DNA of 63,857 bases, filler included, from Phoronis australis (lineage: Eukaryota > Animalia > Phoronida), in the NCBI GenBank assembly GCA_002633005.1. It is 8 parts of 8 records of this genome, joined end to end, with 100 filler letters (N's around TTAATTAATTAA, not from the genome) between each part and the next. Parts side by side here need not be neighbours in the genome. Positions count along the whole stretch, not along the records: positions 1 to 11,617 come from NMRA01000428.1; positions 11,718 to 19,909 come from NMRA01001924.1; 6 more parts are not named here. One strand, 5' to 3'. A program made the position numbers and the translations under genes. Below the pieces are notes generated by a model that was not told the DNA's origin, did no database searches, and worked only from the letters and a program-made list of their open reading frames with translations. Within the stretch, counting starts at the first letter, position 1; every line of letters begins with the position of its first letter. Below are positions 1 through 12,720 of this stretch, piece by piece.

Positions 1-192
1 ACACAACACCATCACTACAGCCACACACAACACCATCACTACAGCCACACACAACACCATCACTACAGCCACTCACAACACCATCACTACAGCCATACAC
101 AACACCATGACTACAGCCATACACAACACCATCACTACAGCCACACACAACACCATCACTACAGCCACACACAACACCATGACTATACAGCC
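1..192. repeat. 24-bp minisatellite (ACACAACACCATCACTACAGCCAC)n, about 8 copies, running off the window start
   Basis: Unit read directly; near-perfect copies. Confidence 0.95.
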
Positions 193-1417
193 ACCCATAC
201 GAAAAAGAAAGTGAGAATCTCACTGGATTCCAGTTAGATTCCAGTTAGATTCTCACTAAATCACCAATTATAGTTAGAAATGCCAGTGAGAACCCAGTGG
301 GAATTGAACAACAGGGGCAGTCAGTGAGATTGAGTGAGAAAATGTTATGTAACAGTGAGAATCCAGTGAGAATTTTGGTCTTACAAAAATTCTGAGTGAG
401 AATCAGTGAGAATTTCAGACTTAGGAAAAATCTGAGTGAGAATTGAGTGAGAATTTGGACTTGCCAAAATTGGAGTGAGAATTCAGTGAGAATCTGAGAT
501 AAACAAACACCCTGATTGGCTGTAACTGTAGAAATTTCAGTTGAACCAGATTTCTGAATTCAAACTAAAATGGCTTCAGGAATGAGCAGTTGGAGAAATG
601 GCTTGAAGATTGTTGATGTTTTTCTCACAAATATTCTGAAATTACTGAACAGTTTGTCTGCAAGTCAACCACAGGTGATCCTGGACTGATTTTGCGTGTT
701 AATAAACTTAAGGTTAGTACATTTCATACATGTAGTAGAGTGCATGAAGCACCAGTATTAGGCTGATGTCTTCATTCTGTGCANTGATCCTGGACTGATT
801 TTGCGTGTTAATAAGCTTAAGGTTAGTACATTTCATACATGTAGTAGAGTGCATGAAGCACAAGTATTAGGCTGATGTCTTCATTCTGTGCATGTTGACA
901 GCTGAATTTTCAGTATTTTGCTGATTCACCAAAGGCATTATAGTTATTATTTTATGTCTGCTATATTTCACAATTAGCAATTATTAAATTGTATCCTTAG
1001 TCAAAGTTCAAGATAAACTCACAAAAATAAGCAGTGTTTTGGTTACCAAAAAGGTTTGATCTCGATTCTATTCAGTCAGTGGCTGAAAAGGCACACAGAA
1101 TTTTCAAAATTCTCACCCAGTGAGATTTTCAGTGAGAATTTCATTAACACAAATTCTCACTAATTTGCATAGCTTTCCTATTGAGTGAGAATTTCAGTAA
1201 GACAAATTCTCACTGAGTGGGAATGCTATGCAAATTAGTTAGATTCTCACTGAATTCTAACTGGAATATCACTGTATTCTCACTAGATTGAGAATTTTTT
1301 CTCACTAATTTAAATGGCATCTTAATTAGTTAGATTCTCACTGGAATCTAACTGGAATCCAGTGAGATTCTCACTGGCTTTCGGGATTAGAATTTCCTGA
1401 AGCTTTTTCATAAGGGT
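193..1417. mobile_element. Non-autonomous foldback-type DNA transposon (possibly CMC/EnSpm-like) with terminal inverted repeats and subterminal AGTGAGAA repeats
   Basis: The start ACCCATACGAAAAAG pairs with the reverse complement of the end CTTTTTCATAAGGGT. Positions 210-244 are the exact reverse complement of 1341-1375. Many AGTGAGAA/TTCTCACT motifs sit in both arms. The superfamily is an inference. Confidence 0.8.
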
Positions 1418-1518
1418 AAGGCCTAGGCAGCCAAGGGGCTGAACAAGTTAAAAAACAACTGGTGATAATACTGAAACACACATGGAAAACAGCAATATGT
1501 ATTTTTCAAAAACACGTA

Positions 1519-2270
1519 CCTGTTTTTGAAAGCTATACTTCTTTCTCTTTCTTGAAATGTGGCCCATAATGTACTTTTCCTGCTAACAAATGAAGCACTC
1601 ATGTTTCAGAATGTTCCTATCTTGTTCAGATTAATTGGGTGTTTCAGATTTTGGAAGTATAATTGATTTTCTTGGGAAATCTTGGATAACATCTGTATCA
1701 CTTTCAGCAACTTCAGCTTTCGTACTACAGTTGGTGCCTTGAAACGTTGCTATACCGTTCTATTTCCTTTCAATTTTCGAGTCTAACACTTGGTCTTCTA
1801 GTCTACAGCACTCAGCAGTATACTGTGTAGGCTACCAGGACATGCAGCTGTTTTCTGCACAAACGTTTGTGACACCTCTTCTTCTTTTTGATCTACTGAT
1901 CTACAGAGTTCCACACTCAATCAGATTTCGTCAGGAAGCTTTCCTAAGCTTCTTTAGGCTCTGACAACACAATTTTGTGCTGTGTGATAAACCTTGAATT
2001 ATACAGGCATCACACTCCATGGGAGCAGCCATATTGAAGTAACTAAGCACAACAATACAATCTGGCTCTCTGATTGGTCAATTCAATAGAAAAGCGCCAT
2101 CAAGTGGCAGGAATGTGCATCATATTTTGTGCAACAAAAACACCTTTTTTAAAAAAATGTGCAAGTGTAGACGTGGGAACTTTTTGGAATTTGATTTATA
2201 GGTAATATTATCTAGCCACATAGAAAAATCTAGGTTGCCCCCCCCAAAGTACTCACAAGGATGAACGCTA
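1519..2270 (-). mobile_element. Degenerate 5' end of a probable Academ-type DNA transposon
   Basis: The minus strand begins TAGCGTTCATCC...GGGGGGGCAACCTAGATTT (TAG terminus). ATG at 2032 opens a broken frame (MAAPMECDACII...NILKHECFIC*QEKY...RKRKK) with stops and frameshifts, ending at a GTACGT donor-like site. It resembles, from memory, the Cys-containing N-termini of AcademX proteins. Confidence 0.4.
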
Positions 2271-2966
2271 CGAGATCTGGCCCACCAACAGTAGATATAT
2301 TGACTTGGGACCCGTTCACTATCAACCGCTGCACTGACAGATGGTTATATGCTGTCTGGTTTTATGTGAAGTCATACACTTTCACCAGATTTATAAAACA
2401 AGTTCTGTTTTTGTGAATTTTTGACACACTGTCAATTCTTAATAGTACTGATATACAAACCAGCATCATCAAATCACCTGTCAATTGTACGATTGAAGTT
2501 TCATCCAAACGCAGGAAAAAATAACTATGATCGACCGCGATGGTGCCTGTCACGCACTCCCAATGCGCCGCCCCTCGATCATGCCCTAGCTGTTGGTGAC
2601 AGGAACATGACCCGGATTATGATTTTTTGAAAACATTCGATTTAAAAAAGCTGCCCCAGTACCATAAGTACAGTTGATGATCTTTACCGTTTCGGTTGCT
2701 GCCTATTAGGGCATTTAGACGCATGTGGCGTTGTGTAAAGTACACTTTTCCGAAACAAAGTGGAAGACGTTGAGGTGTATTCAATTGAAAGACTATCAAA
2801 TGGAAAGTACTGAGCGAACTAAGAACATCAATGTCAGACGATAGTCTGTGTGGGTTTGTTTAAAAGGTAGCTATGCTTTGAAGTTGTGCGTAGATGGAGA
2901 GTGAATAATCAAATCCAGTAATTAATTTATTATATGATAACCCCTAATTAGACAAATGAAACCTAT

Positions 2967-3729
2967 TGTTAATTAAGTAATCAACTACAAAGAGAAACTA
3001 CGCTAGCGCCCTCTTTAAAGATTACTTTAATCAAACAACCAAACGATCAAATGTCTTATCTGCTATCCAAGCTAGGACTCTCCACTTGTTGGATGTCTGT
3101 CCTGTTGGTGAATCTTCGAACTACACACACTGTATAGCGACAGTGTACTTGCTGGTCACCGTCTCTGGTGATGCAACACTTGCAGGCAATTTCTTCTACC
3201 CGCGAATCTTCTTGCTGGTCACAGTCTCTGGCTGATGACGCAACACTTCAGGTAGTATCTTACTACCCACAATGCAAGTGACAAGCTCTTAGTTAACTTC
3301 CGGTTCGTTAACCCTTGCCCTTGCCAAGATCCTTTCTAGAATCTTCCACGAGATGGCTCTGTCGTACAACTGCTTCTGTACACTGTAGCAAGTCTTTATG
3401 CTTCAACTACTTTAGCGCATCTGATTATCTTGCTGATTTCAGCCCATAATATAACATTCTACTTATTTAGTGATTGGCTAATAAAAACCACATGATCATA
3501 TCCACTCGTATTATTGGCTGTTACAATTTGTTCTCAGAATATTCTAGAATCTCTAGAGTACTTTGACCCCAGAACCCAAAGTTGTAAACACCATCTAAAA
3601 ATAGATTTTGACGTTAAAATACATGTCAACAAGTCTGAACCCATGATTTAAAAGTACATATGCACAAATTTTGGGCAACTTAAAATGGATCTATTCTTAC
3701 TGATTACTTAATCAATATTTATTCTGACA
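2967..3729 (-). mobile_element. Possible solo LTR
   Basis: TG...CA ends. Near-terminal inverted TTAATTAAGTAATCA / TGATTACTTAATCAA. Internal ~60-bp tandem duplication (about 3149-3267). ATTAAA near the minus-strand 3' end. No target-site duplication, PBS or PPT found. Confidence 0.3.
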
Positions 3730-3889
3730 ATCAAGTTTAAGAAAGGATAAGCACCCGCACCTACCAGTTAAACTATTAAGCGCATGCACCTAGAGTGTAT
3801 GTGTGAAACATTTCAATAAACGCAATATTCCACGGCTTAAGATGCATGGGAATAATTTTGCGCATGTGCGGTAACAGTTAAGTTATTTT

Positions 3890-5800
3890 TGGTGTGAGAA
3901 TCAAAGAAATTGCACCAGCAGAGGGTAAGATAGCGACCACGTGTGTTGAAAGTTCAATGGTTCCAAGCAGAGACTGATCTAAGAAAATCTCTTTTCTCAC
4001 CGATAATGTATCTTTAAAGCCGCTTTTAAACTCGGTGCTGCTGTTTTTGAGATGTTGGAAGTGAACTAGAACTACAGAGTTCAATTATTCTTATTCTGAT
4101 GCTAATGTTGTTGATTTTTACTATCAAAAGAACAATGTTGGTATTACCGCAGAAAATGCATTTTTGGAACTATTATTTGATTGGACAGACGTCATTAGCT
4201 TTGACCGGAATTATAAGACAACTAGATCCGTTATGTTTGGGGTTTTTGCAATCAATTCTAAGTCTTAAGTTTAGGTGTTTGCGATTTTATTACAAATCGT
4301 GAGTTTCGCCGTTGTCTGGCTAACATTTGCTTAAAATATTCTGACAAGGTGTGGTTTAAATCGCCTGCAAAGCACTTGGCAGCTAACACCATGGTGCTGG
4401 CAGTCTGGAGCGTATCTCAGAAAATCACATCCTCACCAATAATGGTTCAAATACCACACCACGAATGCACGAACAGTAACTTGTGTTAGTTATAGTACAG
4501 TGATTGTAAAACAGTGTGTTTTTTAAATCATCACTGTGATGAATGAATTATCTCTAAATAAGTTTGATATATCTGGTTGAACAATGTGAGGGTAGGATCA
4601 TATCTGATGACAAGATTATCGATATTTTGCCCCAAACACCGATTTAAAGAATAATATAATTTCACAAGGCGAAGTGGTTGGGAAAGCAACATGAGTGGAC
4701 GAGGTTAAAACCGCGTCATAGCGTTGACAGGAATGGGAAAGTTTGGCAAACTTGAAGACTATGTGTGACGTAGATGTAGACGATATACCTGGTGAGAAAA
4801 TTAATGACCGAAAGATCAAATAATGGTATTAGTATAGTTTATTTAAGATTTGGTTCAATGCAAAGCGTTCTACTTTTCACAACAAAGGTAGTCACAGGAT
4901 TGCAACGTGTGTATGTCCAAAGAACTGCTAATTGGATCATTAAGGGTCGTGACATTCCTAATGTCTCGAATGCGTGTTTGATTAGAAACTCGAGCATTTA
5001 TTTCCAAAACACCCTCACATTCTCGCAAATCAGTTAAGGACAAGCCTTTTGTGCCTCGAGTAGAACACAGGACTCTATGCTCATCTGGGCGATGACAATG
5101 TATTCCGCGAATAAATTTGCCTGTTTGGCAACTGCCAGTGAAATACGAAATAATCCTCACACCAAATGTGTTGATCAGGATCAGTCTAAATGGTTTCTTC
5201 GAATATTTGACTATTTAAGTATTCCGTTGAAATGTCAATTCCTATTCGCAACTTCAATGGAAGTGTCGAAACTCATCTTTTAGAAATTAAAATAAATGAA
5301 AATTGATGATTTCCAAGAACTACCAGTTGTAGATTTTCGTCTTAAAAATTTGATGCGACCCTTGTCAATAAAATAAAACTGATGCAATAAACGTTTTGGT
5401 CAAAGCACACCTCTATTCGTGCCTTTGCATAGAAATAGGAATAGAAAACAAAAAAAGCCAAACGCATAAACAAAAATATTCATATCTTCAGAAAGGACGA
5501 TTCAATGTCATGGTTCTCAACAGTAATCCATGTTACATAAAAAATCGAATCGTAAGGATTTTGACACGTTTGGTGTAATTCAATGATGTGGTGAGTAGTA
5601 CAGTTTTGGGGTTTCAAAGTGTGAGATTTTGAATTATTGAACATAACATTTTCCAGCATGTTTGCAGTGAATTTATTCTACAAAGAATGTGGACGTTCTA
5701 AATCATTTTCGGTAAACAATAAAACAAGCACACTGACAATCACGTTTGGGGATGTCTTGTAATAAATCATTTTTACTTGCGTTACACTTTATAATCTCTA
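3890..5800 (+). pseudogene. Decayed intronless leucine-rich-repeat (Toll-like-receptor-like) gene, copy 1
   Basis: Broken frames give LRR-like strings: KISFLTDNVSLKPLLNS, NNVGITAENAFLEL, SFDRNY/IRQLDPLCLGFLQSILSLKF, ISDDKIIDILPQT, ESLANLKT. An LRR-CT-like stretch follows (EIRNNPHTKC..SKWFLRIF..KCQ..LPVVDFRLKNL-CDP). Many stops. TIR similarity near 5560-5780 is weak. Confidence 0.5.
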
Positions 5801-6299
5801 ATGTATGACCTTAATAGACGAACAGCCCTTTTGGTATTTGTCACTTCCTTTATATTGTTTTTAAGTTCGCTAGTTTTCTTTCATACAGCAACGTGGTTTA
5901 GGGGGAACGTGTACTGGGGTGCTACTTAGTTTTAATTTTAATGCGATTATGTAGTGGTTAAAATGTTCACAAGACGAGAAAGGACTAAACAAATTCCTTG
6001 GAATTTCAATTACTTCTCTCGAAGTGTTTTAACCCAGTGGCTTATTCTTAATCCGATTGCATGACTTTATGTTCCTGTCGTGCTTTGATTTATATATTCT
6101 GCGAGGGGCTAATCTCGTGCGTAAATTATTTTGTGCTGTTGGCATGGGAAATTCCACTGAAAATTATAGTCGTCCTATTCATTCAGCAGTAAATACCATG
6201 GAGCCTGTTTATTCTTCTTCATGCACAGTAAGTCTCGTAATAATGTCACGAGAGTGTGCAGGAAAATTGTCATTCTGCGTCCAAAATATGCACACGAAT

Positions 6300-7260
6300 T
6301 TGAGTTTCATTTTTTATGTCAAACTTGCAATGAATGGTAGCGTGAAGGACAATTCCAACAAATTGCGTCACTTCGGACTGCTTTACCTCAAAGATGGTAG
6401 ATCAGGTTTAGCTGGAGCATCAAACGTTATGAATATTGATAAATTTGGACAATTTTCTAGGGTCTTTCAGAAACCATTGTGTTTTTTGTGATTGTGTTCC
6501 AAGTCCCAAATTCTCTCAGTGGTGTCCAGGGATTCGCTGAAATCAGAGACGGTGGCTTTTTTTAGTAACAGCGAAATTATTGGTTGTTACGGCCGAATAA
6601 TACATTATTGGGATTATAGTTGTTCGCTTTCACCTTAGCTGTATAACAATAAAAGGCTGTTCTGTGATTTTATTACAAATCTCGAATTCTCGTTGTTTTC
6701 TGGCAGACATTCGCTGAAATTATGGCACTCTTAAAATACTAACTAAATTTAACTAGTGGGACTTAGCTCAATGGCAGAGCGTTAAACTGCGACTGACGAG
6801 CAATTGCTTTCGATTTCTTGCTGCGACTATCGTCAAAAAATACCTTACTCGCCGGTAATGTCTCTTTTAAAATTCTTAACGTAGTCCATAATTCACGGAG
6901 AATATTTTTTCCGACAGCAGTGTTAGACTGCAATCGCGGGGTTTGAAGGTTGATTCCACTCTGAGGCTCAATTCAGATATTTTTGCACGAAACAGCGATT
7001 CAAAGAATAACATAACTTCTTTAGAGAGAGGTTGTTGGGAAAGCATCTTGTTTGGACTGGGTTAAAACCACGTGATAGCGCTGAACGGAAACGGAAAGAT
7101 AAAAGTTTGGCAAACATGAAGACTATTAGGTTCGAAGAAGATATAAACAATATAAACGATGGCAAAATATCTATATTTTCACCAAACAAAATCCAACAAA
7201 TGATGCAATTTCTTTATGAAAGGAATCCAAAGTTGACAGTTGATCTCCACTGGCCGAGGC
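6300..7260 (+). pseudogene. Second diverged, decayed copy of the same LRR-like gene
   Basis: About 6670-6725 aligns by eye with about 4285-4340, and about 6975-7160 with about 4620-4790 (LGKHLVWTGLKPRDS..SLANMKT vs LGKQHEWTRLKPRHS..SLANLKT). Boundaries are approximate. Confidence 0.5.
6758..6825 (+). other. Degenerate tRNA-like sequence (tRNA pseudogene or SINE head)
   Basis: GGGACTTAGCTCAATGGCAGAGCG gives an A-box/D-arm. A decayed TTCGATT T-loop follows. No intact cloverleaf. Confidence 0.45.
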
Positions 7261-8257
7261 TGGGCAACTCGACCGGTTTATGTATTGTAAGGTGTGCAGA
7301 ACAGATCAATGACGCAATACAGTTGCGGTCAATTACATGTACATCGGCCTCTACGCCCCAGGCTGCTGATGTTATCAGTCACTAGATAATTAGATTCATC
7401 ATTAACACACTTGTGGCGACAAAAGTATTTTGTAATTTTTGTTTTGAAAGTGTTTAAATAGCATAGTGGAATAGTTTGTGAAAAGTGTACATGGTCAGGT
7501 GTTGGAATTTTCGAAATAAGACAAGAAATGTGACTTGCAACCTAACATTATTGCAAAATATTGCCACATGTTTCTCGTTAATTCTGCTGGATGTGCAACA
7601 TGACTGAGTCAACTACTAAACCACCAGGTGGCAATGTTGGCATGTTTATAAAGACTTTGTTGGCAAACTATGCTATCTGTAAGACTTACAACAATAAAAG
7701 GAATCGGAAAGTTAAAGGTTTTTTTGTGATAATTTTATTGATTAATGTTACTCAGCAAGTTTTATTTACACTCCAGGGTGAAAAACTAAAGACAAAAGCC
7801 TCAGTGCATTTTTCAATGTAACTGCTCTTTAAGACTCATGTGTGCAATACAAAGCTGTAGGAAACCGTGAGTTCAACTCTCCTTGACATAGTGTTCAACT
7901 ACATGTATCCTCCACACGCAGATGTGTTGAGTCTACTGAAAACATTTTTAACCATAACGGATAAAGCTGTTGAGCGTGTGTTGGCTCCAGTTGATGATAT
8001 CACACTATCGGATCCATACGCTTACAATTCATCGAAATGTATGACATGAACAAAAAGTTGTTCACACCCTGGTCTCTCCAATAAACTGACTTAAGTCTCA
8101 GATTTATCTCAACTCCCAAACTTGCAGAAACGGCGAAAGGTATGCACTTTGCTTGTATCCATGAATATGGAGGTCACGTGTGTTGTGTAGTGCAGTTTTG
8201 ACTTAAAATTAATACCCATTTTAATTTTTAATCTCAATTAAAACACGTATTTTACAG

Positions 8258-8314
8258 GATGGAAAAACTGCTTACGATGTCTGTCGGAAGGAAGCAATAA
8301 AGAACCTCCTTAAG
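8258..8314 (+). CDS. Isolated 57-nt exon encoding a terminal ankyrin-repeat-like peptide DGKTAYDVCRKEAIKNLLK
   Basis: tttacag acceptor, gtacag donor, phase 0-0. Matches the GxTxxDxA...IxxLL ankyrin capping pattern. No partner exons identified, so it may be a relic. Confidence 0.55.
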
Positions 8315-11045
8315 GTACAGAGTAATGAACCAGTTTATCAGTGTTGTTATACGCACACAATATCATCATTGTTAATAACTTGGTTTGTTTTGTTATTGAT
8401 ATCACGACCATGTTGTCAATATTGGTCCTCGTTACTACTGCTATTATCAGACCACCTAAAGAAACATATCTCACGTGTAGAGGTAAGAATAAGCGTTTTA
8501 AGAAACCATACCACATCTAAAACGATATCCACAGGGTCCAGGCGTTTCGTTTTGTAACTTAAACAATGCTCGTTGTTCTAGTTGGCGGGGTAGGAGGGCA
8601 GGTAGTCTTGCCATATTCATTGTAATCAGAGCAATCAATAGATCATGATGATCGGTAGAGGTTTCCGAATTTTGCTTGCATGACATTTACATGCATTTCT
8701 GGTGTTTCAAGATAGCAAAAACAAACAAAAAAAACATTACCGTTTCAGTTTCATAACGGTCAAGTGCGTTTGCAGCTCTAGTACTTCCTGTTGAAATGTG
8801 CTTAATCAACGCGTAGTTTTGTTTAATCAACGTGTGGTTTTGCTTAATCAACGCGTACTTATATTTCTTAAAAAACCATCGTTCTGCCCTTTTCCATCGC
8901 GCATTTTAGCTTAATCAAACCGTAGTTTTCCTTAATCAACGCACATTTGGTTATTCAACGATACTTCTAGTCAATTCATATAGTCCAATCACACTCCAAC
9001 TCTGAAATCTCAAACTGATGGACGTAAGAATTTCTACACCAGCGCGAAGCAACTTTTGAAAAATGTACGTTGCAGAATCCTATCAAGTGACCACGTAAAT
9101 GTTAGGAACAGGTATATTTCAATGTAAATTTGTCTTTGATTGCACGTGCACTCGCTGGTTCCCTGTATGTCCGCTAGGGCGGCGGGGACACGCAGGTATC
9201 GTTCAACTGCACGTGTTCTATCACTGGTTGGTTCTAACCTCGGCAGTCTTTGGTTATCTTTACAACAAAGAAAGATAATGGCGGACTGTGAACGATTTTT
9301 AGCCTTGTAAACATCTTTATGAACAAAGTTTTGTCTCTACAGTGTCAATAACGTCTTAAATATAGACCACAAACTAAATTCATATTTGCAATTTCTCCTT
9401 GCCGGTTTGTTGACGTATGAAGCGATAACTGTTAACAGTTAGACCAACCAATCAGAAACCCTGGTGTAAAAAAATTCTCGGTTAATATTAAACGATGTTT
9501 CTGAGAAAGAAGCAATAAAGAACATCCTTAAGGTAACAAATTAGTTTATGAGACTTGTTATACACAGACGATATCATCATTGATATTTCTTGGTTTGTTT
9601 TGTTATTGATATCACGACCATGTTGTCAATATTGGTCCTCGTTACTACTGCTATTATCAGACCACCCAAAGAAACATATCTCACGTGCAGAGGTAAGAAT
9701 AAGCGTTTTAAGAAACCATACCACATCTAAAACGATATCCACAGGGTCCAGGCGTTTCGTTTCGTAACTTGAAACATCGCGAGAGGGAGTTAGGCCACAC
9801 ACCCCATGACGGACCTGTTATGAAAAGGGGACAAGGAACAGGGCCAAATGTAACTTGATGTATAGAGTCTTCATCGTCACTACGTAATACGTGCATTGTC
9901 AAAATCAATGTCATGGTGGGTGATAGGGTCATGTTGAAAACAGCGCTCTTTGTTCTAGTTGGCAGATAGTCACGCCATATTGAAAGTCGTTGTAATCAAA
10001 GCAATCAATAGACTATGATGATCGACATGGGTTTCCGTATTTGCTTATGTCAGTTACACGCATTCCTGTTGTTTTAAATGAGCAAGTACTTCTATTATGT
10101 TCAAGCAAACAATATGTATGCTGCTGCATTTCGCCCGGTTTATGTAATACCAATATCCCAAAAGACGTTTGACTCGAATAACTTTCGTCTGGCGCAATGT
10201 ACTTTACCGCTAGGATTCTCTTTCATTTCTAACAAGAGCAGCGAAACTACAACACAATGCCAAAAACAATACCGTTTCCGTCTCATGACGGTCAATTACG
10301 TTGGCAGATCTAGTAATTCCTGTTGAAATGACGCGCCATAACGGCTCTAACCTCGAACACAATCTTCCGATGCCATTGCAATAGTCAAAATGCACAGTAA
10401 CCCAGAACGTTGACGTAATTTCCAATCCACAATGTACAGTACATATGTATGGAGCGCAAAAAGGCTCTTGAACGAGTACCTTTCTGCGCGTTGAAATTTG
10501 CTTAATCAATGAGTAGTTTTGTTTATTTAACGTGTGGTTTTGCTTAACGCGTACTTTACGTCTTTAGCGATCATCGTTCTGCTCTATTTCAACTCGCATT
10601 TTAGCTTAATCAACTCGTAGTTATACTTAATCAACGCGCAACGTTACTTTTAGTCAATTCATATAGTCTAATCATACCTGTACTCTAAAATCTCAAAATA
10701 GCGGAAGGCTTTCCACATGGGGGCGCAAAACCACTTTTGAAGAATATTGCAGACTCTTAAGAAGTCACCATGTAAATTTTAGGAACTGGCATATTTCAAT
10801 ATAAACTTGTCTTTGATTGTAGGTAACGAATAACTATAATTCACTCGCCGGTTCCCTGCGTGTCCGCTAGGGGGAAGGGGACACGCAGGGTATCGGTAGT
10901 ACGTGTTTTATCACTGGTTGACATAACCTCGGCAGTTGTTTGTTAGCTTTATAACAAAGAAAGAAAATGGCGGACTTTGAACGAGTTTTAGCCTTCTGAA
11001 CATCTTTATGAACCACGTTTTCTCTCTAAAGTGTTGATAACGTCT
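8273..11045 (+). repeat. Local direct duplication: about 8273-9355 and about 9492-11045, with extra segments in the second copy
   Basis: Near-identical blocks (8380-8560 vs 9590-9770; 8790-9355 vs 10490-11045). The second copy carries a 5'-truncated version of the ankyrin exon (DVSEKEAIKNILK|gtaac). Confidence 0.9.
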
Positions 11046-11717
11046 CAAACATATCCCAATAGCGGAGTTGCAACCGAATCGATTTAACGATTGCGCATGT
11101 CCGGAAATTAGGGTGCGCAAAGGCTACTGGGATTGTTGATGGTAAACGGGATGACCGACTGGTTTGCACGACGTGTAATTTGTGTGCATTAAACTACGCT
11201 GCTGTATGTAATTCTGCCGCTATTCGCCCTAATTAGCGCCCATGGCTCAACAAGTGCCCCAACGCGTTTTCAGACTTTGCTAAAGTAAGCGCCCAGCCCA
11301 TGAACTACATGCGAAAAATGCCCTTACCTACAGTTCTAACGTCTCCAATTTATCAATTGAAAGATCCGACAGCCTGAATTTGTAACGGACCACGAGCCTC
11401 ACCGTTATGTCCGTATACACTTCAAACTTACGCCGCGATTCAAAAAGAACGCAGAAGTTTTGCTGCTCTTGCGAGGGATGTGCCCCACTACGCGGGTCTG
11501 GACTTTGAAAACAGACACAGCGTACTTGTCAAAGAGCGGGATTGCATTGTTTCTTTCCAGTACAGATCTTCTCCGGCCTCAAACTTCTTTGTGCATGTGA
11601 AAACCGTGAATCGAAGANNNNNNNNNNNNNNNNNNNNNNNNNNNNNNNNNNNNNNNNNNNNTTAATTAATTAANNNNNNNNNNNNNNNNNNNNNNNNNNN
11701 NNNNNNNNNNNNNNNNN

Positions 11718-12395
11718 ATTTTATGTTTACTTACTATTTTACACTCATATTTCGCCTCTATACGGTCTCCGTGTTTTCTCTGGAATCGGAGGTAGCTGTG
11801 CACCTGTCATTTTAGGGACATACTCGAACACAAAAGGTATTTCGCTCCTCAAATATATTTATTTCAGAATATGGACTCGTCTCACTTATACCCCCTTTTT
11901 CCTTCTTTCGGTCTGGTCCATTAATCCTTTGTGTAGATTCGCATGCGGTCCTTTTGTACATATGATGCACTAGTACATTTCATTTCCAGCCTCACTTAAT
12001 TGGTTCGTTTCTGTCGTTTGCCACGAGTTTGGTCAGCTCCCGGCTCTTATAGGCTGCTGATTATCACGTGTCTCAGGGTTAACCTTTATTCTCAGTAACT
12101 ATATGTTTTCTGTTATAATAATTTCTTTGCTTCAGCAGCACTTACGTTTGAGTTTAATCTCTCTTCACTTTTTCCCACCCTCTCCCACCCTATCTTTTTA
12201 GTGGTTCCTCGTACCTGAGTGCTGCACTTTTAATTGCTCTTTCCAGAGATTATTATTTTATGTTTACTTATTATTTTACACTCACTCATATTTCTGTACC
12301 GTTATCTTTATTTCGCCTCTATACGGTCTCCGTGTTGTCTCTAGAAACGGAGCTTGCAATGCACCTGTCATTTTGCGGGACATACTTCGAACATC
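11718..12395 (+). repeat. Dispersed ~560-bp repeat, here a partial plus a full unit in tandem; related to 30385-30940
   Basis: 11718-11830 repeats at about 12255-12395. The AATATGGACTCGT...TGTGTAGATTCGCATGCGGTCCT...GCCACGAGTTTGGT core is shared with 30417-30620. Confidence 0.85.
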
Positions 12396-12431
12396 AATGG
12401 CATTTCTTAATTCTTACGAGCCATGATTTGT

Positions 12432-12720
12432 CACACCTAGGGCACCATCCTGGAAGAAACCTGAAACAATAATTAATGATTGTCAATGAACGGCATTTAA
12501 GTAATGTACCACAGCTAGGGCACCATCCTGGAAGAAACTTGAAACAATAATTAATGATTGCCATTGAACGGCACTTAAGTAATGTACCACAGCTATGGCA
12601 CCATCCTGGAAGAAAACAAACCTGAAACAATAATTAATGATTGCCATGGAACAGCACTTAAGTAATGTACCACAGCTAGGGCACCATCCTGGAACAAACC
12701 TGAAACAATAATTAATGATT
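12432..12720. repeat. 78-bp tandem repeat, about 3.7 copies
   Basis: The GGCACCATCCTGGAA anchor recurs at about 12441, 12519, 12597 and 12680. Confidence 0.95.

Noticed and set aside
676-892. 108-bp direct duplication around a single n at 784
   Set aside because: Pattern of overlapping contig ends or alleles joined by the assembler.
11618-11717. TTAATTAATTAA centred in N-runs, identical in seven gaps (also 19910, 47512, 52949, 56605, 59692, 61694)
   Set aside because: Artificial scaffolding spacer with stops in all six frames; not biological.
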